40,907 nt of DNA from a virus: positions 1 through 40,907 of IMG/VR virus record IMGVR_UViG_3300045988_157868; one strand, written 5' to 3'. Below the pieces are notes generated by a model that saw nothing but the letters and a program-made list of their open reading frames with translations, was not told where the DNA came from and searched no databases. Shown one piece after another: positions 17,956 to 27,178 of this stretch; position 1 is the stretch's first letter, and every line of letters starts with the position of its first letter. Position numbers and translations under genes: made by a program.

Positions 17956-18351
17956 TCACCATCCTTCGGCAGTAATACACCGGAATCGCTGCTTAGATAG
18001 GGCGTTCTCCAGCATCGTGCGCTCCTGGGCGGAGATGAAGAAGGCCCCCTCACTGTTACGGAACGATAGCGTAGAGGTGAACGGACCGGCAGTATCAGTG
18101 ACGGACTGGGCACCATCCGAGAACTCGGCGTTTTTCTCCGCCAACAGAGCGCGCTTCACAATGGCAACCGTGACAACCCGCAGCACCGACGCCAGGAGCC
18201 CATCTGGGTTTTCTGGGATGGTCGGGTATGTGGCGCGGAGGAACACACTAGCATCCTCCAGCAGCACCTGAAGGTCGCTATCTTCTATGCTATCGGGGAT
18301 GAGTCGCCTGGCGCGGGCACGCAGATCATCCGGGGATGCGTAGGCCGGCAT
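17956..18351 (-). CDS. Head-tail connector (gp6-like) protein
   Basis: 131 aa, immediately after the major capsid gene. N-terminus YASPDDLRARARRLIPDS...LQVLLEDASVFL is typical of gp6-like connectors. Confidence 0.55.
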   Translation of the reverse strand: MPAYASPDDLRARARRLIPDSIEDSDLQVLLEDASVFLRATYPTIPENPDGLLASVLRVVTVAIVKRALLAEKNAEFSDGAQSVTDTAGPFTSTLSFRNSEGAFFISAQERTMLENALSKQRFRCITAEGW

Positions 18352-18352
18352 G

Positions 18353-19261
18353 CTAGCTACCCAGGCCGGTGATCTTAATGACCGCCAGCGGGTCTGTTAC
18401 CGCGTAGGCGAGCATGGCGCGGGTTTTCGTCCAAGTCAGGTCCCGATCTTCATCACGGTAGGTCGTGGTGGTAATGCCTTCTTCCACGCCCATCGTGCCT
18501 ACTTGTTGCTCGGCGATGAGCCAGCCTTCGCCCTTAGTGGCCAGCGGGCTGGAAATAACCTCTAGGCCCTTGTTCTGCAGGAACTTGGATTCTGCCTCAT
18601 CGTCGTCAAAGGCATTGGAGAATTCCAGGTGGTCATCGGGGTGGAGAGCTAGGAGATTGTACACGTAGCCCATTTGGGATTTTCGCCCCTCAGTGAAGGC
18701 CTTGTTAATGTCAGCCCGAATAGACTTGGCTGCGGTTTGATCCAGCTTCTTGGTTTTGTTAATGGTTGCCCAGCCACCGGACTCCACCTTGATGATATCC
18801 GCATCGTAAGCGGTGAGGGCTTCGCGGACAGCCTGCATACCCATGCCATCCAGATCATAAACCATAGTATTTGCGACCCGCTGGGCACGCCGCTGCATCA
18901 TAGTCAGGTCATTGCGCTTTGCAGCCTCATCAGTCACGGAGAACTTACCGCCGACCTTAACGGTCTTGATGACCTTGGGGTCATCAGTAGTGACATCAAC
19001 CGTGGGGTAGTTACCACCCGGGGCAATGACACCATTATGGTCGTCAGCCAGTAGGGCATTCTTCAGCGCTACCTCGTAGAGGATAGCGCCACCCTTAGCC
19101 TCACCAGTGGAGAAAATCCGGTCAGTGAACATACCAAGGGCAGTAATATCAGCGATATAGCGGGCGATACGTGTGGGCTCCTGGAGCATCATGTCCAGTG
19201 TGATAACCCCGTCGGCCACTGTCGGGGCGACGCCGGGGAAAAGGCCAGTGTTTTTAGGCAT
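18353..19261 (-). CDS. Major capsid protein
   Basis: 302 aa, following the scaffold and a small head protein. Size and position. Confidence 0.8.
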   Translation of the reverse strand: MPKNTGLFPGVAPTVADGVITLDMMLQEPTRIARYIADITALGMFTDRIFSTGEAKGGAILYEVALKNALLADDHNGVIAPGGNYPTVDVTTDDPKVIKTVKVGGKFSVTDEAAKRNDLTMMQRRAQRVANTMVYDLDGMGMQAVREALTAYDADIIKVESGGWATINKTKKLDQTAAKSIRADINKAFTEGRKSQMGYVYNLLALHPDDHLEFSNAFDDDEAESKFLQNKGLEVISSPLATKGEGWLIAEQQVGTMGVEEGITTTTYRDEDRDLTWTKTRAMLAYAVTDPLAVIKITGLGS

Positions 19262-19276
19262 GAGAAATTCCTTGTC

Positions 19277-19645
19277 TTAGAGTAGGGCAATAGTGGCGGG
19301 TTTACCTGATGTGCCCTTGGTGAGCGCGATAGCGACTACAGGGCCAGCAGCAGCCTTGACGATCTTGCCGTCGGCTGCGGTGCTGAGCTTGTCGCCGGCA
19401 ACAAATGTGCCTGCGGCTAGGGCGTCGAGAACATGCCCGGCGCGGTAAACAGTGACATAGCCGTCCTTGTCTACATCATGAGCTACTACACCGAATGGGT
19501 AAGCGTCAGCGGCGGCAATATCAACGACCGGGGTTCGGCCAACAATGTCGTCGGCGGGAACAACGAATGTGCCGGCGGGGATTTTCTTCTTCGCTTTCAC
19601 TGTGATGGCGGCTGCTGGATCGTAGTGAACTTTAGTGATATCCAT
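19277..19645 (-). CDS. Small head protein (DUF2190-like / decoration-type position)
   Basis: 122 aa, beta-rich, between the scaffold and major capsid genes. Confidence 0.45.
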   Translation of the reverse strand: MDITKVHYDPAAAITVKAKKKIPAGTFVVPADDIVGRTPVVDIAAADAYPFGVVAHDVDKDGYVTVYRAGHVLDALAAGTFVAGDKLSTAADGKIVKAAAGPVVAIALTKGTSGKPATIALL

Positions 19646-19653
19646 GGTATTCC

Positions 19654-20202
19654 TTACTGGTCGTGGTTTTTGCGGAGTGCTTTAGGCACCCATGAGCTGG
19701 GGTAGGTTACCGGGTCTTGCTGGGGTTCGTTACCTACCCCGGACCCGGATTGGATGTTTTGGCGGGGGCTATTCGACGGCGGGGCGGTATTTCCTGCACC
19801 GTAGAGTTCTTTAATCCTGGTAGCGCGGGCTTCTAGGTCTTCTTTCGTGCCAGTGCCCAGCAGCGGCACGTCCTCAGGTTTGATGCCGTGGGCCGCTGCG
19901 ACTTCCAGCAGCAGGTTCGCGGTTTGGGCTTGGGCGAGTTCCTGCTGGGCTGCGGCTAGTTTCTCTTGGGCTAGCTGGAGCTCTGATTTCTGTGAGTCCT
20001 CATGCTGCTGCCATTTCTGGGCGGCGGCTTGAACCGCGTCACGTTCTTGCCGGGTTTTTTCCAGCTCCGCTAGGGCTTCTTCTAGAGTCATCTCCGGGGC
20101 TGGGGACTGCGATGGGGAGGATTCTTCCTGGGGGTTCTGCACAGCAGGGTTCGTGGTTTCTTCCTGTTTTTCGTCTTGGGTATCGGCGATATTATTCGGC
20201 AT
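19654..20202 (-). CDS. Capsid scaffolding protein
   Basis: 182 aa. Acidic, Gln/Glu/Ala-rich coiled coil (LEEALAELEKTRQERDAVQAAAQKWQQ). Upstream of the capsid gene. Confidence 0.7.
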   Translation of the reverse strand: MPNNIADTQDEKQEETTNPAVQNPQEESSPSQSPAPEMTLEEALAELEKTRQERDAVQAAAQKWQQHEDSQKSELQLAQEKLAAAQQELAQAQTANLLLEVAAAHGIKPEDVPLLGTGTKEDLEARATRIKELYGAGNTAPPSNSPRQNIQSGSGVGNEPQQDPVTYPSSWVPKALRKNHDQ

Positions 20203-20240
20203 GATTGCCTCCTTGATTGCGTGAAATGTAAATAGATAAA

Positions 20241-20258
20241 CCCCACTGCTCAGTGGGG
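20241..20258 (-). terminator. Rho-independent terminator (second of a tandem pair) upstream of the scaffold gene
   Basis: On the minus strand, CCCCACTG/CAGTGGGG hairpin followed by TTTATCTATTTACATTT. Confidence 0.55.
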
Positions 20259-20306
20259 TCGGATTTCAAATCGTGGCCTTCAACCCAGATAATGGTTTCG
20301 GGCACG

Positions 20307-20344
20307 AGAAAACCCGCCCCTCAAATGTGAGACCGCGGGTTTCG
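20307..20344 (-). terminator. Hairpin/terminator just after the candidate immunity gene; sequence-related to the 3357-3399 hairpin
   Basis: On the minus strand, cgAAACCCGCggtctcacatttgagggGCGGGTTTtctc. The first 22 nt match 20 of 22 with ggaaacccgcggcctcacattt at 3357-3378. Confidence 0.55.
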
Positions 20345-20362
20345 TTGATTAGTCGGAGTGGA

Positions 20363-20659
20363 TTACGCTGCTGCGTAGTTAACAGGAGTCATGGTTTCCA
20401 CAATCTTTCCCCACTCATCAGTTTGGAAGTGTAAGTGAACTACCTCTCCGGTGCTTTTGCGGATTAACGTCAAAGGCGTGCCTTCAGGATTCAGGAAGTG
20501 TTCATCCCCATCAAATGCCTCTACCGCAGCGATAGGGGTGAAAAAATACTCGGAGTTTTCCATACCTTCAGCGCTTGCATGTGGTGTGCCCTTTTTCACT
20601 ATCTTATTTGCTTCTTCACGAAAGATACTGTATGCAGCCTGTTTACCGATCAACGTCAA
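20363..20659 (-). CDS. Small protein, candidate immunity partner of the MuF C-terminal toxin-like domain
   Basis: About 98 aa, starting 19 nt after the MuF stop. GGGAGGTG SD. TTG start (first or third codon). AT-richer than flanking genes. Followed by two terminators. Confidence 0.45.
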   Translation of the reverse strand: MTLIGKQAAYSIFREEANKIVKKGTPHASAEGMENSEYFFTPIAAVEAFDGDEHFLNPEGTPLTLIRKSTGEVVHLHFQTDEWGKIVETMTPVNYAAA

Positions 20660-20678
20660 ACACCTCCCAATAGATTAG

Positions 20679-22412
20679 CTATATTCTACCAAATGGTTGG
20701 ATGACATCTGGCAATCGCCAATCCACCGGGGTAGCGTCATCCAGTCTTACTAGAATAATAGGTGCTGACGCCTCAACGCCATATTGCGGTCCTTCTGGAT
20801 TAATTTTCTTGCCCAATTGCGCATCAATGAATGCGACTTCATCATCAATCTTTTGCCAGAGAATCACATGTCGCTGTTTAGCATTAGCGATTTGGAATGA
20901 AAATATCCCGTACCCATCGGGCATTTCTCCAAGAATATCTTTCCATTCTTTAGCAGTGGTTTCGATTATTTTTATGGGCTCTCCGTCTGGGGTTTCCCAC
21001 ATCTTTAGGGCTTCAAGAATCTGGTAGCCAGAAGCACCTGCGGAATACAAGGTGGCGTATGGGTAAATATCATAGCCGCGCATCCGCATCACGGTAGCCG
21101 CGGTAGCACGCACACAGTTAGCAAAGGAATTTACACGAGATACCTGCACTGCTGCCTGCTCCATGGTTTCAGGAGCATCCAGCCGCGGGTATTCGTCCAA
21201 ATCATATGGGTAAAGCGTTGATAACCGTAGTTCGGGGAATCCGTCTTTCGCTGGCAGCGTGAATGTTCCGTCACTATTTGGCTGTTCGAAAGCGCTACCA
21301 GCCAATCCCATGCCGCCGTCTTCTGACACGCTACCGGAATCCTCCACTGGTCGGGGAGCCTGGCTATGTTCTTCCCTGCCGGAGTGGGAGTCGGTCGCTA
21401 TCTTCTCTGGCTGTTGGCCAGGATCGTCAGCGCTATCCTTGAAGGTTGCGAATATTTCTGGATTTTCTTTCGCCAGTTGTCGGTAGCGGCTGCTGAACCG
21501 GTCTATTGGCATCTCTAGGTCATTGTCTAGTTCCTCTTTGGTGGGATGATCGCGGGCGTCATTCCAGAGCGTTTTAAGCGCTTTGTATTCGGCTTCACCC
21601 TCCCATGGCCTTCCCTTAATCACTAGCACTGCTTTGCAGTCGCAATGATCGTGGTACGCTTTACCTTCTTCAGAAGTTAGAACGGTGGATTCCTCATACA
21701 CGGGTCCGCGGGAAGCGAGCATGGCGCAGAACGCGCAGCTTTCCGCCCCGGTGAGAACCCTGGCCCATCCCAGCACTACCCCACCGCTCTTGGCCGGCCG
21801 GACATATTGGTCAACTGCTACCTTGCGGGGGTCGGAGAGCTCGTCACGCAGTCGCCTAGCATCTGATTCGTTATCAACCTTCACTACAACCTGTCGCTTA
21901 GCTGGTTTAGCCTCATTACGGTCGGCCGTATCAGCGATGGCATCCCTACCTGCGGCACGGGCATGCCGCGTTGCCCCTGCCGCTACCCGGCGCGCTACCT
22001 TGTCGACCAGGACGGGGTCGGTAGGGTCGGGCGGGAAGGGAATCATTTTGTCTGCAAGCTGCTGCTGGTAGGTGGCATCGTAGTCGGTGATACGGCCGGG
22101 GATAGGGTCCCGGGTGGGGTTCCATCCCAGGGCCCTGGCTAGCATTTTCCATGCGGCGTTAGGATAGTAGGGTTTTTGGGGCGCTGGGGTGATCTGGACG
22201 CCATGGGTGATAGCCACGGAATGAATGTGGGTGATAGCCAACTTATATGATTGGGTGCGCGCTTCCTGGATCAGGGGGATTAGCTCGGTTACAAGCTCCC
22301 ACATTCCGTCGAGGCTGGTGGGCACGCCCCGGTTTTTGATGAGGTTGTAGATCGCCTCAGCCAGCCGGTCGATGATATTCCGGTCGTTTTGGTGATATGA
22401 GTACAGGTTCAT
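20679..22412 (-). CDS. MuF-like minor head protein fused to a C-terminal papain-fold toxin-like domain
   Basis: 577 aa. MuF-region motif GAESCAFCAMLASRGPVYEES...YHDHCDCKAVLV. Gly/Ser/acidic linker. The C-terminal ~200 aa carry NSFANCVRATAATVMRMRGYD (Cys codon 21114-21116), KQRHVILWQKIDDEVAFIDAQLGKK (His codon 20878-20880) and a following Asp. Confidence 0.75.
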   Translation of the reverse strand: MNLYSYHQNDRNIIDRLAEAIYNLIKNRGVPTSLDGMWELVTELIPLIQEARTQSYKLAITHIHSVAITHGVQITPAPQKPYYPNAAWKMLARALGWNPTRDPIPGRITDYDATYQQQLADKMIPFPPDPTDPVLVDKVARRVAAGATRHARAAGRDAIADTADRNEAKPAKRQVVVKVDNESDARRLRDELSDPRKVAVDQYVRPAKSGGVVLGWARVLTGAESCAFCAMLASRGPVYEESTVLTSEEGKAYHDHCDCKAVLVIKGRPWEGEAEYKALKTLWNDARDHPTKEELDNDLEMPIDRFSSRYRQLAKENPEIFATFKDSADDPGQQPEKIATDSHSGREEHSQAPRPVEDSGSVSEDGGMGLAGSAFEQPNSDGTFTLPAKDGFPELRLSTLYPYDLDEYPRLDAPETMEQAAVQVSRVNSFANCVRATAATVMRMRGYDIYPYATLYSAGASGYQILEALKMWETPDGEPIKIIETTAKEWKDILGEMPDGYGIFSFQIANAKQRHVILWQKIDDEVAFIDAQLGKKINPEGPQYGVEASAPIILVRLDDATPVDWRLPDVIQPFGRI

Positions 22413-22434
22413 GTGTCACCTGCCTCTCCGGGGG

Positions 22435-23859
22435 TTAGCGCGTTATCGTGTCGCCTAGTGGTGATTCCGCCGTAGCATCAAAAGCATCAAAACCTGGGGC
22501 TTTTGCCATCGTTTGCTTGATGCGTTTGATTTTTTCAGCAGTGAACCCTGGGATGTCTTCCCAAAGGATTTCTGGCGGGATGTTTAACATGGTGGCCAGT
22601 TTCCCTAGGGCATCTACTGTTTGGGCGAAGCTTCGGGCTGTCATGTCAGCCCATTTGACTTCGGACGCAAAGTCGGCGGCTTCCTGTTGGTCGCCATCAA
22701 GGTGGGCGCAGAGCCGTAGTAGCTGCTCGTAGGATTCGCCTAGGGAGGTTCGGATCTCTGAGGATTTCCTGTCCTTAGCGGATTCCATAGCCGCCAAACC
22801 GTCTGCGGAAACATTGCTGATAGCGTTAGCGCCGAGTGACTGGGCTGGCACCTGGGCGATAGCCGCCATATCGCGGATAGATGCCTGCTTCACATCCACA
22901 TACTGGCGAATATCCGTTTCATCAAACTGGCCGACTTTCGCGTCGGCGTCGATGAGCCACACGTCACTGGCGCGCATGCGGATGCCCTCAGCGTCATCAG
23001 CTGGAGCCCAGCCGATGACGTAGCGCTGCTTGAAGGCGCTGTAGTATTGGGCGACCGCGGCCTCCCAGCTCGTGCGGTCAATGCGGCTTTGCAGCGCAAT
23101 CAACGGTTCGATGATGCCGGCGACTTCTTCGCCTTCCAGAAGCCACCGGTCGCGGAACCTCACGACTGGGGGCACACCCGCGTGGTGGTCGCGGGCTTCG
23201 ATGAGCTGGAGATTCTGGGCTGTGTTCCATGGGTGAGCCGCCCAATCCTTGATTTCCTGCGGGGTTTCGATAGCGCCGATGTAGTAGATTTTTTCCTCAT
23301 CGAATAGCCTCATACGGTTGCCCTTGACCTCTAGGGCCAGAATGGGCCATTCTGATGCCACACCGGACTCACCCGGCCAAGCATATGCCTCACCATAATA
23401 GGCGGTCATATGACGGGGGGACACGCCGGTAATCAGCGGAGCTGGCGCGCCGCCTACAACCCCCTGGTCAACCACGGCATACGAGGTGCCGTATTGCAGG
23501 GCGGCGCGGGTAATGCCGGTTTGCCTAGCATCGAGGTTGTTACGCTGCCAGTGTTTCCATGCCCTGGCGCGGGCACCAGCATCAACCCCGGAGAAATAAT
23601 CTTCCACTTTCATCGACTGCGCGAACGTATCCAGCACCAAAGGGAGGTACATGGTTTGCGAATCCCGAGCGAGCTGGATTTGCCGGTCGATCATGAGATT
23701 GGCGTTTTTATCCTTCAGGATGCCAAACCGGTTAATGATTTCCTGTCGATCCCACGGGCGCATCGCACTGTTGATTCGGTCAAACACTTGGCGTTCCCTG
23801 GCATACTGTGCCAATAAACCACGCGCAGCAGATAAAACCTGGCTATGGCTCATGCTCAT
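22435..23859 (-). CDS. Portal protein
   Basis: 474 aa from ATG 23859 (MSMSHSQ), in an ATGA overlap with the terminase stop. Size and position after TerL. Confidence 0.85.
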   Translation of the reverse strand: MSMSHSQVLSAARGLLAQYARERQVFDRINSAMRPWDRQEIINRFGILKDKNANLMIDRQIQLARDSQTMYLPLVLDTFAQSMKVEDYFSGVDAGARARAWKHWQRNNLDARQTGITRAALQYGTSYAVVDQGVVGGAPAPLITGVSPRHMTAYYGEAYAWPGESGVASEWPILALEVKGNRMRLFDEEKIYYIGAIETPQEIKDWAAHPWNTAQNLQLIEARDHHAGVPPVVRFRDRWLLEGEEVAGIIEPLIALQSRIDRTSWEAAVAQYYSAFKQRYVIGWAPADDAEGIRMRASDVWLIDADAKVGQFDETDIRQYVDVKQASIRDMAAIAQVPAQSLGANAISNVSADGLAAMESAKDRKSSEIRTSLGESYEQLLRLCAHLDGDQQEAADFASEVKWADMTARSFAQTVDALGKLATMLNIPPEILWEDIPGFTAEKIKRIKQTMAKAPGFDAFDATAESPLGDTITR

Positions 23860-25493
23860 AAAAACACCGCCCTTCCTGAATGCTTTGGCATGTGATGCGC
23901 CGCGTGCTCTAGATACAGCCTGCGCACCATGCGGGCCCCGATTAGGCATACCGCGGCATCAATCTTTTTCGCCGATGATGGGGACTCCTTTTTCACTGAT
24001 ATGCCATATCGGTTCTCTGCGCGCCGGCAGTTCCGCATATGGGCAGTAAGTACTGGGTGTCCATCGTGGGTAAAAGCATGCTCGATGATTTCTCTTTCTG
24101 TGAGCTCACACGCTTGGGTGAAATCGAAAAGTTTCCCGCGCATATCCCACGCAATCGGCTCCGGCTGCTTCCCACCAGGGTTCGCCCAGAGCTGCAGCCG
24201 GTCTTTATAGCGTGCCGGCCAAGTGACCTTCGTGAAGCTTTCCCACTCGCGGACGTCTGCGAAAAAGGCTTTCACATCATACCTGGCGAAGGCGTTATCC
24301 ACACGCGCGTCTACCGCCTCCACATCCACTGTGCCGGCGTCGTTATGGCTGTTGCCGGGGTCCCATGACCCAATCAGAAAAACGTGGCCATCGCTAACCC
24401 GACACCCTACCAGGGCTGTGGTATCGCGGGACAGTGAGCCGTCGAAGAACATGACAATTTCCTCCCCTTCTGCCACGATGGTTTCCCGGCGAGCCATGAG
24501 CGCAATATCGTTCGGGTCTACCCAGGCGTTCGCGGCCGCGGTAGGCCAGTTCAGGTATTTACGCTTGGAATCATCCGGGGAAGCCTCTGGTGACCAAACC
24601 CGAGTGATGATGGTATCAACATCCATCCATGGGCAATCTTGATACACAAACTCCAGCCCAGCGCGAAGCGAAATGGCGTCAGCCAGATTAGTGTCTGGTG
24701 GTGCTTGGCGGATATCCATGAGGATTTGCCGGTCGTTCTTCGCCTTCCCGTTTTCCTGGAGACACCAAGCCTGGAAGGTGCTCTCGCCGACCGTGCCCAG
24801 GCCTGGTTCCCAAGCGTTCAGGGTCCCTAGCATTCGGCTTCCTGACTTGGCCAAATTGTCCGCCAGGGTGCTGTATAGCTTGGTGCCACCATTGCCTGGC
24901 GTCCAGTGTTCGAGCTCATCACCGACGATGAACGTGGCTTCGGCGCCTTCTTGGGTCATAGCTGACGAAGTAATGACCTCCAGCTTTCCTTCCGGCACGA
25001 TATTGATTTGGGTTTTACCGGGGTCAATATCATAATCACGATGCAATCTAGGTGCGGCTTTCTTATTCGCCATCGCACGCACATGACGCATCGTATTATC
25101 AGTTTGCTTCTCGGACACTGCGGCTATCTGCACCCATGGCATGGCTACCGGCTTACCGATACAAGCGCCTGGCACCTGGGGGTCAAACCGATCAAGCCGA
25201 ACCGGAGCCAGCAACTCCGTCAGGGCCAGGGCGGCGGCAAACGGGCTCTTACCACTCCCCTTAGCCAGCCGGCGGAAAGAGTTATAGAACAGCCACTTGC
25301 CATTCTCATCAATCGCGTAAAACCACAGGATGAACCTGGCCTGGCGTTCGGTGTAAACCCACGGCAACCCGGCGCGAATCCCGTTCGGGTGCTTCAAATA
25401 TTTCGCGGCCCACGCTAGTGCCTCCCAGCCGAGTGTTAAATCAGGAACCCCCGGGGGGAGCGTGTCTAGCCGCTCCTCCGGGGGAATCATCAT
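23856..25493 (-). CDS. terL: Terminase large subunit
   Basis: 545 aa. Walker-A-like RRLAKGSGKSPFAAALAL. ATPase then nuclease architecture. Overlaps the TerS stop. Confidence 0.9.
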   Translation of the reverse strand: MMIPPEERLDTLPPGVPDLTLGWEALAWAAKYLKHPNGIRAGLPWVYTERQARFILWFYAIDENGKWLFYNSFRRLAKGSGKSPFAAALALTELLAPVRLDRFDPQVPGACIGKPVAMPWVQIAAVSEKQTDNTMRHVRAMANKKAAPRLHRDYDIDPGKTQINIVPEGKLEVITSSAMTQEGAEATFIVGDELEHWTPGNGGTKLYSTLADNLAKSGSRMLGTLNAWEPGLGTVGESTFQAWCLQENGKAKNDRQILMDIRQAPPDTNLADAISLRAGLEFVYQDCPWMDVDTIITRVWSPEASPDDSKRKYLNWPTAAANAWVDPNDIALMARRETIVAEGEEIVMFFDGSLSRDTTALVGCRVSDGHVFLIGSWDPGNSHNDAGTVDVEAVDARVDNAFARYDVKAFFADVREWESFTKVTWPARYKDRLQLWANPGGKQPEPIAWDMRGKLFDFTQACELTEREIIEHAFTHDGHPVLTAHMRNCRRAENRYGISVKKESPSSAKKIDAAVCLIGARMVRRLYLEHAAHHMPKHSGRAVFL

Positions 25494-25927
25494 GCTAGAT
25501 CAGCCCGATACTGTTCCATGATCGACACAGTAGCCTCCTTCGCCTCATCCGTTATCTTCGGGGTGGTGAGCTCTACACGCAGCCGGCGGCGGGCTCCTTC
25601 GGTGGTCATCAGGGCATCAGCACGGGAAAAGATTACGTCCATCATCCCAGCACGGGCACCTGTCGGAGAGCTTAATTCTTGGGTGATAAGCCAGCACACT
25701 AAGCGGGCTTCCTGCCAGTCGCTTTCCTGATAGAACTGTGCCTGACCACTTCGCTTCAGGGAGCGGAACCACTGTTTCGCATACGGGTGCCACGCCCGGT
25801 CCTCTGTGGGCGGCTTCACCACCTGCTGCCCCATGGCCACCACCACAGCGGGAGCATCAGCCTCCGGTTTATTACGCCGCCTACGCTGGTCGCTACGCTT
25901 CGGCACCGGGCCACGCACCATAACCAA
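25490..25927 (-). CDS. terS: Terminase small subunit (P27-like)
   Basis: 145 aa. Basic N-terminus GPVPKRSDQRRRRNKP and WHPYAKQWFRSLKRSGQAQFYQESDW, typical of P27-family small terminases. Immediately upstream of TerL. Confidence 0.75.
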   Translation of the reverse strand: MVMVRGPVPKRSDQRRRRNKPEADAPAVVVAMGQQVVKPPTEDRAWHPYAKQWFRSLKRSGQAQFYQESDWQEARLVCWLITQELSSPTGARAGMMDVIFSRADALMTTEGARRRLRVELTTPKITDEAKEATVSIMEQYRADLA

Positions 25928-25945
25928 CCCTCCTTCACTGTTTGC

Positions 25946-26530
25946 TTACCGCTCGGGGACACGCCCCTCCCGCTGCAACGCAGCAGCTACTCGCACCGCG
26001 GGGGCCAGATCAACAAGGCCACCCATACGGTAAATGTCCTCCGTTGTGCGGATGAACCTTGCCCGGGAATAAATCTCTACGCAGCCGCGCCGACGCCCCG
26101 GCCCTTCTGGGAGCAGCCCGAAAACATGCAGGCCTCGCCTAGATACCGACCGCTCTACAACGGCACCGGGCACCGCCTGGATAATCTCAACCGCCCAATC
26201 GGCCACCTTGCCGCGCCGGTTGATGCAGTGGTCAAGGTCGATGCAGGCTAGGCCACCGCCCAGCATGACGCCGTGCGGACCATCCTGAACCTCAGCATGA
26301 GTGGTCCAGGTTTCCGGCTTAGTAGTTGACGCAGGGGAGCCTGTAGGCGTGACGGGGCGTTTACCATCGGCCGCCGTCCACCGATCTAGCTCACGCATCC
26401 GGGCCGGCAGCTGCTCACGCCGACGCCGACGGTAGGCCTTCTGCCTGCATGCGGACGAGCAAAACCGCGGGGAGCGTCCCCGTGTAGGGATCTCCAGCCG
26501 GGCTTTGCACGCCTCACACACCAATCTCAT
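25946..26530 (-). CDS. Small AEP (primase-polymerase)-like protein with N-terminal zinc ribbon
   Basis: 194 aa. CEACKARL...RFCSSACRQKAYRRRRR (zinc ribbon). GVMLGGGLACIDLDHC and RRGLHVFG resemble the prim-pol N-terminal catalytic motifs. Confidence 0.45.
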   Translation of the reverse strand: MRLVCEACKARLEIPTRGRSPRFCSSACRQKAYRRRRREQLPARMRELDRWTAADGKRPVTPTGSPASTTKPETWTTHAEVQDGPHGVMLGGGLACIDLDHCINRRGKVADWAVEIIQAVPGAVVERSVSRRGLHVFGLLPEGPGRRRGCVEIYSRARFIRTTEDIYRMGGLVDLAPAVRVAAALQREGRVPER

Positions 26531-26537
26531 AATCTGT

Positions 26538-26546
26538 ATTTTACCA
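26538..26546 (-). promoter_or_regulatory. Candidate extended -10 promoter (TGGTAAAAT) giving a leaderless transcript of the AEP-like gene
   Basis: On the minus strand, TGGTAAAAT is followed by 7 nt (acagatt), then ATG at 26530. No SD present. Confidence 0.3.
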
Positions 26547-26824
26547 CAAGCGTTACGATATACCTAGTACTAGCTTGACGTATTCACCTTTTTCAACCAA
26601 CAACGACTAGGGGGCGAACAAAACAAGGAAATGGTGACCCACGCCATAATACAAAGCCGCAGGTCACAGCCCCAACACGCACCGCCAACCAACACCTAAA
26701 ACCAAGAAACCTATCCTGACCAGCAAAAACCCTGAAACCCGTACACAGCCGGGGGCCGTATGTGCCCCGTACCAGGGACCGGCCGGCGGCGGGGTACCCC
26801 CCACCCCACGTGGCATAGGTCACC

Positions 26825-27178
26825 TCATTTCAGGCCGGGGTGGCGGGTAGCAAACCTGTCATACAGCCGGCGCCGGGCTACCCGACGCTGAACACCGCGC
26901 ACCGATTCGCGCCGGGACTTTTTCGCATGGCATAACGGGCATAACCACTGGAGGTTATCGAGCGCGTCGGTGCCGCCCTCAGCGACCGGGACGACGTGGT
27001 CCAACTCTAGACTGTCTCGCCCTATCACTGGTTCGGCACCACACTGGGCGCACCAGTAAGAAAGACGCTGTTTCGCTAATCGGTGTAGGCGTTTCCACTC
27101 AGCCGCGGTTGTGCGCGATACGCCATTACGCCACGCCATCAGCAGCACCGCCTTGCGGCGGGCGGACGATAGCAGCAA
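26825..27178 (-). CDS. HNH endonuclease (packaging-associated type)
   Basis: 117 aa. CAQCGAEP...LELDHVVPVAEGGTDALDNLQWLCPLCHAKK. Near the terminase genes. The start may be the internal MAWRNGV at 27139. Confidence 0.85.
   Translation of the reverse strand: MLLSSARRKAVLLMAWRNGVSRTTAAEWKRLHRLAKQRLSYWCAQCGAEPVIGRDSLELDHVVPVAEGGTDALDNLQWLCPLCHAKKSRRESVRGVQRRVARRRLYDRFATRHPGLK

Noticed and set aside
26593-26823. 76-aa minus-strand ORF in the HNH-to-AEP gap.
   Set aside because: It has no SD and an odd Gly/Arg/Cys/Trp/Val-rich composition, in a region that looks regulatory or cos-like. Treated as non-coding.
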